Below, piece after piece: positions 9,031 through 19,607 of a stretch of DNA of 61,071 nt. The stretch lies in IMG/VR virus record IMGVR_UViG_2778261463_000006, positions 1 to 61,071 of that record. One strand, given 5' to 3'. Every line of letters begins with the position of its first letter. The stretch's first letter is position 1. Both the position numbers and the translations under genes were made by a program. Origin of the DNA: a virus. Lineage: Duplodnaviria; Heunggongvirae; Uroviricota; Caudoviricetes. The notes beneath the pieces are model-generated. The model saw only the letters and a list, made by a program, of their open reading frames with translations, had not been told where the DNA came from and made no database searches.

Positions 9031-9465
9031 TTATGCTGTAGTCGAGTTTATGGCCATAACTGCGGTATATGTTTTGCCCACATACAGCGAGTCTTCTTGG
9101 ACACAAATAATGGCGATTGGCTTATTCTCGTTATCCAGAACAACCAGAGTGTTGAATGGGTAGTTTTTCCCTTCCTGCAACTGACTTTGATCAAGGTCCA
9201 TTCGGACAGTAATTATCCCGCCTGAGTAGGTTGGGACGAGGTTGATGGTGCAAAATTGACTGGTCAGTTCTGCCAGATCGAAAGCCTTTGGCAGTTCTCC
9301 AATCTCATAAGTGCCATCTCCTTTCTTAGTAACCAGTGAACTGGTACCGAAAACGGCCTTGCTGATTAAAAATCGAGAGCCTTTGTTAATGGACGATTCA
9401 GCGCGCCGCTGATAGTAATAGTCCAACAACTGACTCTTATAGAGGTTTGTTGAGACGTCAGACAT
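9031..9465 (-). CDS. R-like tail-fibre-associated structural protein (144 aa)
   Basis: ORF directly upstream of S with tight spacing; assignment by P1 synteny. Confidence 0.45.
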   Translation of the reverse strand: MSDVSTNLYKSQLLDYYYQRRAESSINKGSRFLISKAVFGTSSLVTKKGDGTYEIGELPKAFDLAELTSQFCTINLVPTYSGGIITVRMDLDQSQLQEGKNYPFNTLVVLDNENKPIAIICVQEDSLYVGKTYTAVMAINSTTA

Positions 9466-9543
9466 GATTTTCCCTAATCAATGTTGTGAAGCCTCATTGT
9501 AAGATAAGTAACTTGTCACCCCGCCCTGCGGACGAGGTGATTG

Positions 9544-10383
9544 TCACGCATCGCTATCCAACAGCAAATCATCTGCGCGGGTGCGATCAAACGTAGGCGT
9601 TGCTTTCACAATAGTGCCGCCCGGCGTTGCAGTGATCGGGGCGTTAATCGACGTAACTTCAGTAAGCGAAGTTGTATCCGAAGTTTCAAACCAGCAGAAT
9701 GCTTTTTCGGTATCAGAAATCTCATTCAAAGTGATCATGTCGGCCTGTTCATTTACAACAACCGACAAATAGAGCGTAAGCCCATCAAACACTATATGCA
9801 GTGGCAGTAGAGGCTTTACGAACTGATTAAACTTTCTGAGAATTTCTTCTGTAATTGCGGACTGATCTATCGTTCCAGTAATACCCATTGTCCGGGCCAG
9901 GTCGTTTATGGGAATACTGATCATTCCTCTGGAAGTCAGAAACATCTCGCCGAATGTGCCGCCGGTGGTTTCCAGTGTGCTTTCTGGAATCAGGACCGTG
10001 CCATAGGGATGTCGTTCAAAGTCCACCGGAGCATATATGGGATCCCATAAAACCGATATACCGTTAAATTCGCGATAAATTGTCTGGTTTATAGGGCGTT
10101 CAGTACCCTTAAAATGGATCTCATCAAACCGCTGTTGTAACAACATCGGAACGGAAGATGAATTCGACGTTCTGATAGTAAAAAACTGGCCAAGTTCATT
10201 TGTCCTAGTCTCCAGATCCTCCTTGCTCATGGAGAAAATAGACTTCCGGTTGGTAATTCGCTCCAACCATGGGTCAACAAAGGTGTCCATCATTGACTGA
10301 ACCAAATCAGCCAATGATTTATAAAGCAATGACTTTTGCTTAGCTGATGTAAGCCGGTTATTAAACCAGGAACGTTGCATCAC
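9544..10383 (-). CDS. Baseplate/tail protein (P1 gp16-like, 279 aa)
   Basis: ORF in baseplate block, start overlaps upstream gene end; synteny only. Confidence 0.45.
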   Translation of the reverse strand: MMQRSWFNNRLTSAKQKSLLYKSLADLVQSMMDTFVDPWLERITNRKSIFSMSKEDLETRTNELGQFFTIRTSNSSSVPMLLQQRFDEIHFKGTERPINQTIYREFNGISVLWDPIYAPVDFERHPYGTVLIPESTLETTGGTFGEMFLTSRGMISIPINDLARTMGITGTIDQSAITEEILRKFNQFVKPLLPLHIVFDGLTLYLSVVVNEQADMITLNEISDTEKAFCWFETSDTTSLTEVTSINAPITATPGGTIVKATPTFDRTRADDLLLDSDA

Positions 10384-11813
10384 TCCTCCTCATACGAAAT
10401 ATTGAAGGTGGAGTTTTCTGTATCCAGATAAACGAAATCGTAAAAGCCGTTGGACTCATTCCACTCGACAAACTCCAGATAAAAGTCGCGGAAATAGCCC
10501 AGCGTTTCGATAAACGCCCAAACGTCTTTTTTCTTAATCAGGATGTACTTTCCGACGCGGTTCGGATCAAAGAAAGTTGAGTCGCGCCCAAATTTTTTTT
10601 CCAGTGCCGACTTCAGCTCATCGGTCACATTCTCAATGGTCAGGCTTGCCGATATCCGTCCGGTGATGGTTATCTTAAATGGTAGTTTTCTGACCTCTTT
10701 ATAAGAGAATTTCTTGTTCAGTTCATTCGGTACCTTCTTAAAGGCAGCCAGGATCATTTCTTCAAGCTCTGACTGACTTTTATTCGGATGCCATCCTGAA
10801 ATAAATATCTTATTGATATTCTGAACATTATAAGCACCATCTAATTTTTCTTGCTGACCCTCGCCCCATGCCTTTACCCAGGACAGTCCCGGGATGTTAC
10901 GCACCAGAAAATACGTATAGTCCCCGCCCCATACGACCTGATCATCATAGGCGAGGTAATATTGTGCACGGTTACGTGTGATCTCCGTTGTTTCGGCATC
11001 GGTACCTGTGGTTATAGGTGTCGTTGTCTTAACTGAAATCAAATTAGCTAAATTAGCCGCAGAATCGACAGGCGTCAGGTTTTGGCCAGCAACCAGGGTT
11101 ATATCGCCGTTGGTGCACCATACCTTAAGCGTAATTGTCGAGCCTTCTGGCGGTATTTGCCCAATTAGCCCATCGCCGAATCGAACCCCCAACTGCTCGG
11201 ATGGTTTATAAAACTCAACGTAGACCTGGCTTTTACTACCGGCTAACCGGAACATAGTGCTGGAAGACCACTGCGTGGTCTTACCATCGGTCGTCACGAA
11301 TACTTCCAGCTTATAGCAGACAGCAGTGAGAGCCTTTGATAACACGACTTCCAGAAATTCTTTGGCTGCCGTAACGGTATATGTCACCTCCTGGATTTCC
11401 AACTGTGCCACTTCTACCGTACCGGTGCCGTCAACCAACCTGCATACATCCATAGTCATGTAAGGGTACTGGTCGTCAGATATTAAAGGCGTGTTTTTGG
11501 GGATTACCGCTGGAGCATCTTCACTTGTGGCTGTGATCTCAACCATCCCGGATGACGGTGTTGGCTTGGTACCAACGTAACTATTCGTTTCTGCCGCTGC
11601 CAGGATAGAGGAACGCCGCGTCGCGGTCGATATAAAGCCTTCAGCCAGCGCCGCATCGGCATACTGAAAGCACCTGTAGACAATCTGGGTAATAAACAAT
11701 GTCAGCATCGAGACAAATTGAGAGCCGACAAACTTCGACCAGAATGAATCTTTCTCGACAAGCTCTTCAAACTCTGCACGAATACTGTCTTTAGTCGGTG
11801 TTGTTTTACTCAT
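10380..11813 (-). CDS. Baseplate protein (BplA-like, 477 aa)
   Basis: Large ORF between gp25-like wedge gene and gp16-like gene; synteny with P1 bplA. Confidence 0.5.
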   Translation of the reverse strand: MSKTTPTKDSIRAEFEELVEKDSFWSKFVGSQFVSMLTLFITQIVYRCFQYADAALAEGFISTATRRSSILAAAETNSYVGTKPTPSSGMVEITATSEDAPAVIPKNTPLISDDQYPYMTMDVCRLVDGTGTVEVAQLEIQEVTYTVTAAKEFLEVVLSKALTAVCYKLEVFVTTDGKTTQWSSSTMFRLAGSKSQVYVEFYKPSEQLGVRFGDGLIGQIPPEGSTITLKVWCTNGDITLVAGQNLTPVDSAANLANLISVKTTTPITTGTDAETTEITRNRAQYYLAYDDQVVWGGDYTYFLVRNIPGLSWVKAWGEGQQEKLDGAYNVQNINKIFISGWHPNKSQSELEEMILAAFKKVPNELNKKFSYKEVRKLPFKITITGRISASLTIENVTDELKSALEKKFGRDSTFFDPNRVGKYILIKKKDVWAFIETLGYFRDFYLEFVEWNESNGFYDFVYLDTENSTFNISYEEE

Positions 11814-12169
11814 AGCACCACGTCCTGTGTGATAGTTATGTCCCTGATACGAATGGATATTTTCAACTTATCAAAAGCATCTCCCTCGGCTACTGACAAG
11901 CCAGAAATCGGTATGTCAGGTAAATCTACCGTCAGTTTTTGCAACAGCATTGCCTCAACCGCAATTTGAACATGCGACAAGTTGGTCGGTTCGTGTTTAA
12001 ACTGCGGTAAAACATTGCCCCAAGACGGATCTCCGTATACCTCACCCTGATAAGTGTTTAGCCACTCATATAAACGAGCGCCCCAGGCCTCCTCCTGGGA
12101 CTCATACGTTTTTACGCCGGATAACTCCAGCGTCAGTAAAGGATCAATTTCATTATTGTTGGCCATCAA
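11810..12169 (-). CDS. gp25-like baseplate wedge protein (PmgA-like, 119 aa)
   Basis: Size and sequence character of GPW/gp25 family; sits immediately downstream of sit. Confidence 0.5.
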   Translation of the reverse strand: MMANNNEIDPLLTLELSGVKTYESQEEAWGARLYEWLNTYQGEVYGDPSWGNVLPQFKHEPTNLSHVQIAVEAMLLQKLTVDLPDIPISGLSVAEGDAFDKLKISIRIRDITITQDVVL

Positions 12170-15100
12170 TCAACTCTCGCGTAGTCATTCATCAACGGAT
12201 CATCAATTGACAGTGGTACCGTGCGCATAACGCCCGGCTGAGGCGTGCTGACCTTTACGACAGTTCCCTGGCCTTTCGCCGAGTCTTTGGTGTGCTCTTC
12301 AATCCTGGCAAGCAATGAGGTCATCTGCGCAAACAGCCGCTTCGTTTCACCATCAAGTGAAACGGTATTATCAGCCAACTGCATTGTCGGCTTGGCACCG
12401 GAACCGCCAAGGTCACTAATAACCTGCCCGTCTATCTGCATACGACCGGTTGGTTGCTGCAAATCGTTGGCGGCAGTCGTCACCTGGGACGTGGAGGCTG
12501 GTTCAGGCGCATTATTTTTCCGCATCCCCGGCGAGTTGCGGAGTTTATCGAATAGTCCATCAATCCCCATTTGTGCGCCGAGATGGTCAAAGTAACTTGA
12601 GTTGTTGGCCACCGGACGCGCCTCTTCAACTGGCATCGGGGTATCAACATACACATTGCCAGCTGCTGTTGCGGTCCCCTTCCCTCGTGCACGTTCTTCG
12701 AGCGTTCCCTGAACGACTTCCCGACGCATCCCCCGGCCATTCATGAATTTGTTGACCAGATCGTTAACGCCAACAGCATTGCCAATTTTGTCTACCAGAC
12801 CGCCTTTCTCAAACGGGCTATCACCAGGGGTAAACGCCAGGCCAGTAGACTGATCGATAACAGCGTTATCAGGCAGTGGTCCCCTCACTCCATATTGCGC
12901 CCCACCCTGTGCTCCTGCTCCAGGTGTATAGATTTCACCACCTAAATAGCGAGCACGATGAGTATTGACCTTGATCGCGTACTCACGGTTTTCTTTCGAT
13001 AAGTCACCTGTGCCTTTTTTCCACTTATTGATAGTGCCAAACCCAGCATTATATGCAGTGATGGCCTCGTTTAAGTCTCCATTGGCTTGCTTCAGATATT
13101 TGCTCATGAGAAGAGCCGCAGCTTCTGCCGATTTCACAGGATCAAACGATTCACCTTCAGCTAAGCCAGTCTCTTCACGAGCAATCCCCGTGAACTGAAA
13201 CATCCCCAGAGCACCGGTTTGGGATTTTGCATACGGATTACCACCAGATTCAGTTGCAGCAATCGCGTAAAGAGTGCCTTCTGGAAGACCGTATTTATTC
13301 TCTAGTTCGGCAAAATACGGAGCCAACTTATCGAGATTTGCCTTGCCTTCAGCGCCAAGACTTCCGACTTTTACATCCAAGTTGCCATTGTTGTAGGTAT
13401 CCGCAGCTTTCTGAATGTCATTCCTGGTGCCAGTGGTATTAAACGACGATGATGACGAGCTATTTTGACCAATAGCTTTATCAATTTTCTGCAACGCGCT
13501 ATTGCCCGTTTCTACGGCATTTGCATTGATAATCTGATTGGCAGTTTGTTTTACTGTTTTATTGCTATCTTTCGCCGTGTCAAGTGCCGCATTTATCACG
13601 CGGGTAGCAATATTACTCTGTTTGGCATCGGATTCAGTTTTAGAATTAGACGTCTCCTGGTGGCTATTAACCGGAGCTTTTAACTCTGGAGTGATTTCTT
13701 TCGCATTAGCCTCGCCGATTGGATTGGGTATTTTTGATACAATCATTGCCGCAGGGGTATTTTTAACGGCATCAACCGCTGCATCTAATGCTTTACCTGG
13801 TAAATTTTTAACCCCATCCCAAATATTACCAGCCGCCTCTTTAATGTGTTTCCCAGGGTTCTTAATGAAATCAATTGCACTATCAATTGCATCACTGAAA
13901 ACCTGTTTCAGGTTATCGACAGTAAAGAAGTCTTTGATGGCATCCAGCTTTTCAAGCAGCTTATTAGATGTATCGCTAAACCATGCTGAAACAGCATCAC
14001 CAATCTTTGCTGTGTAATCATCGAACTTGGTAGAAATGGTGTCGCCAAGGTTAGCAATATATGTTTCTAAGTTGGTAATCCCACTATCAATGGCCTGGGC
14101 AATACTTTCCGTCGAAAATGATTGCAACATATTGCCGATATCCTCAAATCCAAGTGATTTGAGAACCTCACCAATGGCGCTGCTAATACCAGATACCAGT
14201 CCCCCCATATCAAGAACATTAGCTAACGTATAAGCGGCTTTTTGCTGGAATGATGGATCTTGTCCTGATTTAAGCCCAAACGCTCGACGTTGCGCTTCTG
14301 TATCATTCCAACCGGTTACCGCATCATAAATACCTCCAGCCACTGTGCCGACTAGGGGAATTGCGCGTAACGCCCCTTTACCAACTGCCTTTAATCCAAG
14401 TTTACCTGCTGCCCGGGCAGCCAAATCTCCGCCTTCATGGGCGAGAGTCTTCTTGCCACCACCGCGTAGCATTCCTACAAGTTTCTTTGCCCCCAGAGCG
14501 CCAAAAGCGAGTGCTCCAGCTTTTTTCAGCATGCCACGCCCCATTAACAACGACGCGACGCCACCGGCCCCCTTCCCTAACAGGCTAAATAGTTTGGACA
14601 GCAAGCCGCCCTTCTTTTTCCCGGTGTTTTTGGCTATCTGATCAAGGGCGCTGAGAATCTTGTCATTGCCCTCTTTAATTTCGCTGGTCTGCTCCTGAAG
14701 TTCCTGAACCGTCCGTTTTTGGGTGTTAACCTGAACGACATCGGCACTATTTTGCGATTTACGCCTAAAAAAACCTTTTCTACGGCTGTTATCGTCATTG
14801 CCACGAATCACATCGGCAATAGACTTTCTGGCACCATTAAGCGATCCACCAACTTCTTTTGATATCCCGCCAAGCTCCTTCCCTGCTGCCCACAATGGAC
14901 CAGCAACGGCATAACCTAACGCATCGACGGCACGAGTTTCTGAAGGGTTACCTATGCCTTCAGCTACTTTTGACAGTTTTTTTAATAAACCTGATTCAGC
15001 ATTTAGACGCTCATCATCCTCTTTGCGCCTGGCCTTTTCAGCACGTTCAGCACGGGCATCTTCCGCTGCGGCCTTACTCCCTGACTTTCCAATAAAACGA

Positions 15101-15558
15101 CCACGCGCATCGCGTTGGTTTTGGCTTTTTTGCGCACCGCCTTTTTGACCGAACATTTCGCGAGCGTGTTCAGCTGCTTCGGTTCGTTGCGCCTTTACAT
15201 CTTCTGTTATAGCCTTCTTGCGTCGTTTTTTACCCTTTCGCGTAGTTGATTTGGCCTGCGGTTCCTGTAGAGCAACATCCTCCTGAACTACACGAGAAAC
15301 GTCCCCTAAATTAAGCCGTTTCATTGCCTCAACAATAGGGTCCACTGATGGCGCATTGGCCACAAAGTCTGGCCGGGAATTTTCGATTGTGCGATTTAAT
15401 GCCGACACACTGCGAGAGACAGGATCAACAGTTGCAACGCGCCCCCCTTTCAAATCTTCAACAGCTTCCCGGATACCAGCAAGCTCTTCCAGCTCTTTTG
15501 CGCTGGCGGTTTCAACTGTCCTTATAACATCGTCAATGTTGGCGTTTTTTCTTTCCAT
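12166..15558 (-). CDS. sit: Sit-like structural injection transglycosylase / tape-measure-like protein (1130 aa)
   Basis: Soluble lytic transglycosylase motif ...AIAATESGGNPYAKSQTGALGMFQF...; Gly/Lys-rich and coiled-coil regions; size matches P1 Sit. Confidence 0.8.
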   Translation of the reverse strand: MERKNANIDDVIRTVETASAKELEELAGIREAVEDLKGGRVATVDPVSRSVSALNRTIENSRPDFVANAPSVDPIVEAMKRLNLGDVSRVVQEDVALQEPQAKSTTRKGKKRRKKAITEDVKAQRTEAAEHAREMFGQKGGAQKSQNQRDARGRFIGKSGSKAAAEDARAERAEKARRKEDDERLNAESGLLKKLSKVAEGIGNPSETRAVDALGYAVAGPLWAAGKELGGISKEVGGSLNGARKSIADVIRGNDDNSRRKGFFRRKSQNSADVVQVNTQKRTVQELQEQTSEIKEGNDKILSALDQIAKNTGKKKGGLLSKLFSLLGKGAGGVASLLMGRGMLKKAGALAFGALGAKKLVGMLRGGGKKTLAHEGGDLAARAAGKLGLKAVGKGALRAIPLVGTVAGGIYDAVTGWNDTEAQRRAFGLKSGQDPSFQQKAAYTLANVLDMGGLVSGISSAIGEVLKSLGFEDIGNMLQSFSTESIAQAIDSGITNLETYIANLGDTISTKFDDYTAKIGDAVSAWFSDTSNKLLEKLDAIKDFFTVDNLKQVFSDAIDSAIDFIKNPGKHIKEAAGNIWDGVKNLPGKALDAAVDAVKNTPAAMIVSKIPNPIGEANAKEITPELKAPVNSHQETSNSKTESDAKQSNIATRVINAALDTAKDSNKTVKQTANQIINANAVETGNSALQKIDKAIGQNSSSSSSFNTTGTRNDIQKAADTYNNGNLDVKVGSLGAEGKANLDKLAPYFAELENKYGLPEGTLYAIAATESGGNPYAKSQTGALGMFQFTGIAREETGLAEGESFDPVKSAEAAALLMSKYLKQANGDLNEAITAYNAGFGTINKWKKGTGDLSKENREYAIKVNTHRARYLGGEIYTPGAGAQGGAQYGVRGPLPDNAVIDQSTGLAFTPGDSPFEKGGLVDKIGNAVGVNDLVNKFMNGRGMRREVVQGTLEERARGKGTATAAGNVYVDTPMPVEEARPVANNSSYFDHLGAQMGIDGLFDKLRNSPGMRKNNAPEPASTSQVTTAANDLQQPTGRMQIDGQVISDLGGSGAKPTMQLADNTVSLDGETKRLFAQMTSLLARIEEHTKDSAKGQGTVVKVSTPQPGVMRTVPLSIDDPLMNDYARVD

Positions 15559-15639
15559 GATCTTATCGCCTACCGCTTCGGTTTAAGTTTTTCTTCCAGT
15601 TTCTCCAACAGGAAAAACGCATAGGATTCAGTAAGCCTT

Positions 15640-16521
15640 TCAGCGTCCTGAATCGGTATACCCCCATACAAAACCAGGTTGGACACTAAGGTCTGATAGC
15701 TTTTCAATCCCCACCTGTGGAATGAAGTCGGTAGCCCGAAAGGGCACCCACAGACGGGTATATGCACCCTCTGTGGACTCCTTTTTATCCTGATTTGGGC
15801 ATTTATGCGGCGGGAGACGAAGACGCATTTCACCTTTATCGATGTAGCACGGTAAACCATGTTCGAGCTTTTCATGAGCCAGTCGGATGTGTGCCGCCAG
15901 CTTCATAAATTCAGTATCAATGGCCATCCGTTTAATCGTTTCATAACGACGCTCAGCCTGATCTTCACGAGTACCGCTAACATCGTTATAAAGCTCACAC
16001 TGATAAGCGAATTCCCAAAAACGCAAATCAACGATCGCTTCTTTGAATTCCGCGTCGTCTTCAGGTGGCAATGCAGCACGGCGCATCTCCAGCATTTCCA
16101 TTGCCCAGCCATCAAGCGGCACGATACGCCATTGATAAGGCACTCCCTCTACAGACACCTCAATATCGTCAATGAACGGTTCCACTTCCAGGACCTGGAT
16201 ATCTTCAGCCAGAGCATTCATATCGCAATCGTAATAATGCTCTTTACCGCAATGTTTACAGGTGTAGGTGAATGTCTCGACCGGTGTTTCACGGGAGCCG
16301 GTAAATATCCACCATAACGCGGTAATCCGGTCCTGCGCCGTCCATGTCAGGGGATCATGTTTCGCGGGTTCAGCCAGCAAGGCTTTTAAATACGCCGTTG
16401 TCTGTTGTTCTTGTTCCTCCGGTGTTATCGAGTTGAAACGCATCGCATCAGCAATATTTGGCTGACGGAACTGGATCAATTCAGTTGGCCGCGATGGTAG
16501 CGGGAAAAGAGGTAAAAGCAT
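15640..16521 (-). CDS. PmgB-like tail morphogenesis protein (293 aa)
   Basis: ORF upstream of sit in same orientation; synteny only. Confidence 0.45.
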   Translation of the reverse strand: MLLPLFPLPSRPTELIQFRQPNIADAMRFNSITPEEQEQQTTAYLKALLAEPAKHDPLTWTAQDRITALWWIFTGSRETPVETFTYTCKHCGKEHYYDCDMNALAEDIQVLEVEPFIDDIEVSVEGVPYQWRIVPLDGWAMEMLEMRRAALPPEDDAEFKEAIVDLRFWEFAYQCELYNDVSGTREDQAERRYETIKRMAIDTEFMKLAAHIRLAHEKLEHGLPCYIDKGEMRLRLPPHKCPNQDKKESTEGAYTRLWVPFRATDFIPQVGIEKLSDLSVQPGFVWGYTDSGR

Positions 16522-16535
16522 CCTTGCTCCTTAAT

Positions 16536-17147
16536 TCAAAGAGAAAAACTAAAGCCCAGAAGGGAAGCCAAAGAACTTGAAGATTGGTTAAACGTGCTGT
16601 GCAATGCGAAGGTCATTGGGAATGACTTAAATTCCGTAACCTGATCCCGCGCATAGGTGACATCGCCGGTAGTGACCGGAAATACAGTCATCTCATTTTC
16701 CAGTTTGGTTAAGCCGGAAGACAGCAACCGATAAATACGCACATTGAGCAAATATTTAGACGGTATATTCCCAGTACCGTCCGGATTGATCACCCGACTT
16801 TTTGCCGTCTTAAACCAGTCCAAAACGAGGCCATCAACGGTATCCCTGACCATCATTGTTATCTGCCCAGGCGAACGCTCCGTTGGTTGAAGGATATTCC
16901 CTCCGCCGATTTTAATCGTTTCATATTCGATGCTGTAATCGTGGTAGGTAATATCTTTGGCAAAGAAGTCTGCCCCCTCCAGTCCATCAACTTCGACAGA
17001 GAACTGCCATCCTTGCGCGAACAACATTTTGTTCATGATGATTGACGTCAGCTTACCAACTTCCCGCTCACCAACGCCGGAGCCAAATAATGTCGTCGTT
17101 AATGCCGAAGATACATAAGACTTTACTGAAGCAACATTAAGCCCCAT
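16536..17147 (-). CDS. Tail-associated structural protein (203 aa)
   Basis: ORF in tail block; no recognisable motif. Confidence 0.45.
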   Translation of the reverse strand: MGLNVASVKSYVSSALTTTLFGSGVGEREVGKLTSIIMNKMLFAQGWQFSVEVDGLEGADFFAKDITYHDYSIEYETIKIGGGNILQPTERSPGQITMMVRDTVDGLVLDWFKTAKSRVINPDGTGNIPSKYLLNVRIYRLLSSGLTKLENEMTVFPVTTGDVTYARDQVTEFKSFPMTFALHSTFNQSSSSLASLLGFSFSL

Positions 17148-17157
17148 ATCAGCCCCC

Positions 17158-17748
<591 letters not shown>

Positions 17749-17782
17749 TTAACCGATTCTACGAGTAGTCATTTGTGACAGG

Positions 17783-18259
17783 TTATTTTGCGCGCTTCAG
17801 GCAGCCATCTTCAGGTGCCGCGTTGAAAAGCTCTGCGGCCTTACGTAGCGTAAATGTTGCGATTTTTTTTCCGTCTACGTATGCATCGAATGTTTTAACT
17901 TCCATATCAGGGGTATCTGACCAAAAACCATACCAGTAACTATCACCCACAGAGGAACCGATAGAACTGATAGGATATTCATCATCACCAACTTTCAGCG
18001 TTATTTGTTCTTTTTTAGCATCAAATGACTCACCGCCAGGTTCTGTTTTCATGAGAGTGAGTAGTCGTGTTCCTACTTGATTGGGATCCGTATTATTAAA
18101 TCCAACATCGCACTCAAATGTAAGCGTATAATTATCTTTGCTGGAAACAGCATAAGAACGAACACCATGAGTCTCGCCGGTTGACCATTTGCTTACATTT
18201 GCCATTGATGAAAATGGAGTAAGCAAAGCAAGAATTAGAAAAAATCGTTTGATGCGCAT
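17783..18259 (-). CDS. Secreted/periplasmic protein (158 aa) with N-terminal signal peptide
   Basis: MRIKRFFLILALLTPFSSMA signal-like N-terminus. Confidence 0.55.
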   Translation of the reverse strand: MRIKRFFLILALLTPFSSMANVSKWSTGETHGVRSYAVSSKDNYTLTFECDVGFNNTDPNQVGTRLLTLMKTEPGGESFDAKKEQITLKVGDDEYPISSIGSSVGDSYWYGFWSDTPDMEVKTFDAYVDGKKIATFTLRKAAELFNAAPEDGCLKRAK

Positions 18260-18310
18260 TAATTTATCTCCTTTGGATATTAATATTTTAATTAGTTAAC
18301 CACCATATAT

Positions 18311-18958
18311 TCACCATTCATAGGGTAAATTAAGCGCTTTTAAACCTTGCTGGAAAGTATTAAGAGAGCCGTTTTTTTGTTGTTCCATTTTTTCGCGTGC
18401 AGCTTTCTCATACTGCTCCATCCGTTGGTTATACTCTTGCAATTCCTCCGGGGAGAGGTTTCCCATTGGGGAGTTTGTACCCGGCCCCCTGGCCCGTTCT
18501 TCAAGCGTACCCTGAACGTTTTGATGGCGCATTCCCGGGGCGTTTCTGATTGAATCAATGCCATTTCTTCCAACGTCTTCTTTATTAACGGCATTGCTCG
18601 CCACCAGTACGCCCCAGCTAGGGATAGCAAAATCAGGAGCGGTTTCGCATGCCTTTACCATATAATCGAAAGAGCTTCGATTGATCTCGTTTGCGTCGGG
18701 ATTTAATAGGCGAGAATATTGATATTTAGCATTTTCGTTGGTTGCGACTTTATACAGTTCTTGCTGCACCATCGCTTCAGAAAGTTTAAGGCGTTTCATA
18801 TCTGATAGTAACTTCTTGCGCATGGATTCGTCTTGACTGACAGCAAAACCGTAAACGTGCCCAAGGTATTTCGTATAATCGGTACAAATCTCCTTTACGC
18901 TTGATGCTGCATTAACAGTCCCAGCCATAAATAATAACGGTAGTAATAGTTTTCTCAT
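18311..18958 (-). CDS. Secreted protein, candidate Sim-like superinfection-exclusion protein (about 215 aa from MRKLLL start)
   Basis: Signal peptide MRKLLLPLLFMAGTVNAAS; C-terminal segment GMRHQNVQGTLEERARGPGT matches Sit segment GMRREVVQGTLEERARGKGT; located beside immI region. Confidence 0.55.
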   Translation of the reverse strand: MRKLLLPLLFMAGTVNAASSVKEICTDYTKYLGHVYGFAVSQDESMRKKLLSDMKRLKLSEAMVQQELYKVATNENAKYQYSRLLNPDANEINRSSFDYMVKACETAPDFAIPSWGVLVASNAVNKEDVGRNGIDSIRNAPGMRHQNVQGTLEERARGPGTNSPMGNLSPEELQEYNQRMEQYEKAAREKMEQQKNGSLNTFQQGLKALNLPYEW

Positions 18959-19054
18959 TATAACCTCACCTGCCTTATAACTCATTTAGGGTACATATTT
19001 TCGCCTTTAAAAAAAAGAGGTTATTAGATCCAACTGTGTATTTATTAAGCATAT

Positions 19055-19071
19055 AATGCTCTAATAAATTT
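19055..19071 (+). promoter_or_regulatory. C1 repressor operator-like site upstream of c4-icd-ant (Op51-like)
   Basis: AATGCTCTAATAAATTT, 16/17 match to recalled P1 C1 operator consensus ATTGCTCTAATAAATTT. Confidence 0.6.
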
Positions 19072-19239
19072 GTATTTTTAAGTCGCGAATGCTATCTTTT
19101 CGCATCATATTGACCTTTTAATCGTTCAGGCTTATAGTTCCGCCGTCGTAGCAAATTCTGCGACCGGGTTTAGCAGCCTGAATGATTGTGCGGACAGCCG
19201 CAGATATCCGATATTGCGGTATTTTTGTGTCCGTAAAAC

Positions 19240-19330
19240 CGCGTTACGCCCAAATTATGGTGGGGCGTGATGGGGAGGCTTCGGCCTGCTGGTTTCACAA
19301 TCGCCAGTCTGCTAACCCCGTCACGTCCTG
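19240..19330 (+). ncRNA. c4: c4-like antisense RNA of immunity region immI (boundaries approximate)
   Basis: Contains cacaatc (19296-19302) and ctgctaa (19309-19315), complementary to direct repeats gtttagcagc/tgattgtg at 19168-19190 and 19337-19374; the latter abuts the icd Shine-Dalgarno. Confidence 0.45.
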
Positions 19331-19385
19331 CCACCTGTTTAGCAGCGGGTAGCAGGTTGTTAAACCTGATTGTGAGGCCGTAACT

Positions 19386-19607
19386 ATGGTTAATGCCAAT
19401 CCTTGCGCACGCCAAGAATTCATCTGGCGTTTCTATTCCTGTAAAAAACACCACTATCACTTCGTTATCGCAGCAACAGAAGACGAAGCACGCTCTCAAT
19501 TGCCTGATGGCCCCTGCATTTTTACTGCCCGTTTTTCAACTAACTCGCGCAATTCACTTAGTTACTGGAACCTCCCCTTCTCTGCCGACGTTCAGGGGGG
19601 TTTATGA
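19386..19607 (+). CDS. icd: Icd-like small protein (73 aa) translationally coupled to ant
   Basis: 73-aa ORF whose stop overlaps ant start (ATGA); target repeats of c4 cover its RBS. Confidence 0.6.
   Translation: MVNANPCARQEFIWRFYSCKKHHYHFVIAATEDEARSQLPDGPCIFTARFSTNSRNSLSYWNLPFSADVQGGL

Noticed and set aside
12166-15558. Calling the 1130-aa protein a tape measure only, or a toxin with a lysozyme domain
   Set aside because: The SLT motif with Gly-rich and coiled-coil regions and its position next to baseplate genes fit a Sit-type injected transglycosylase; tape-measure function cannot be excluded from sequence alone
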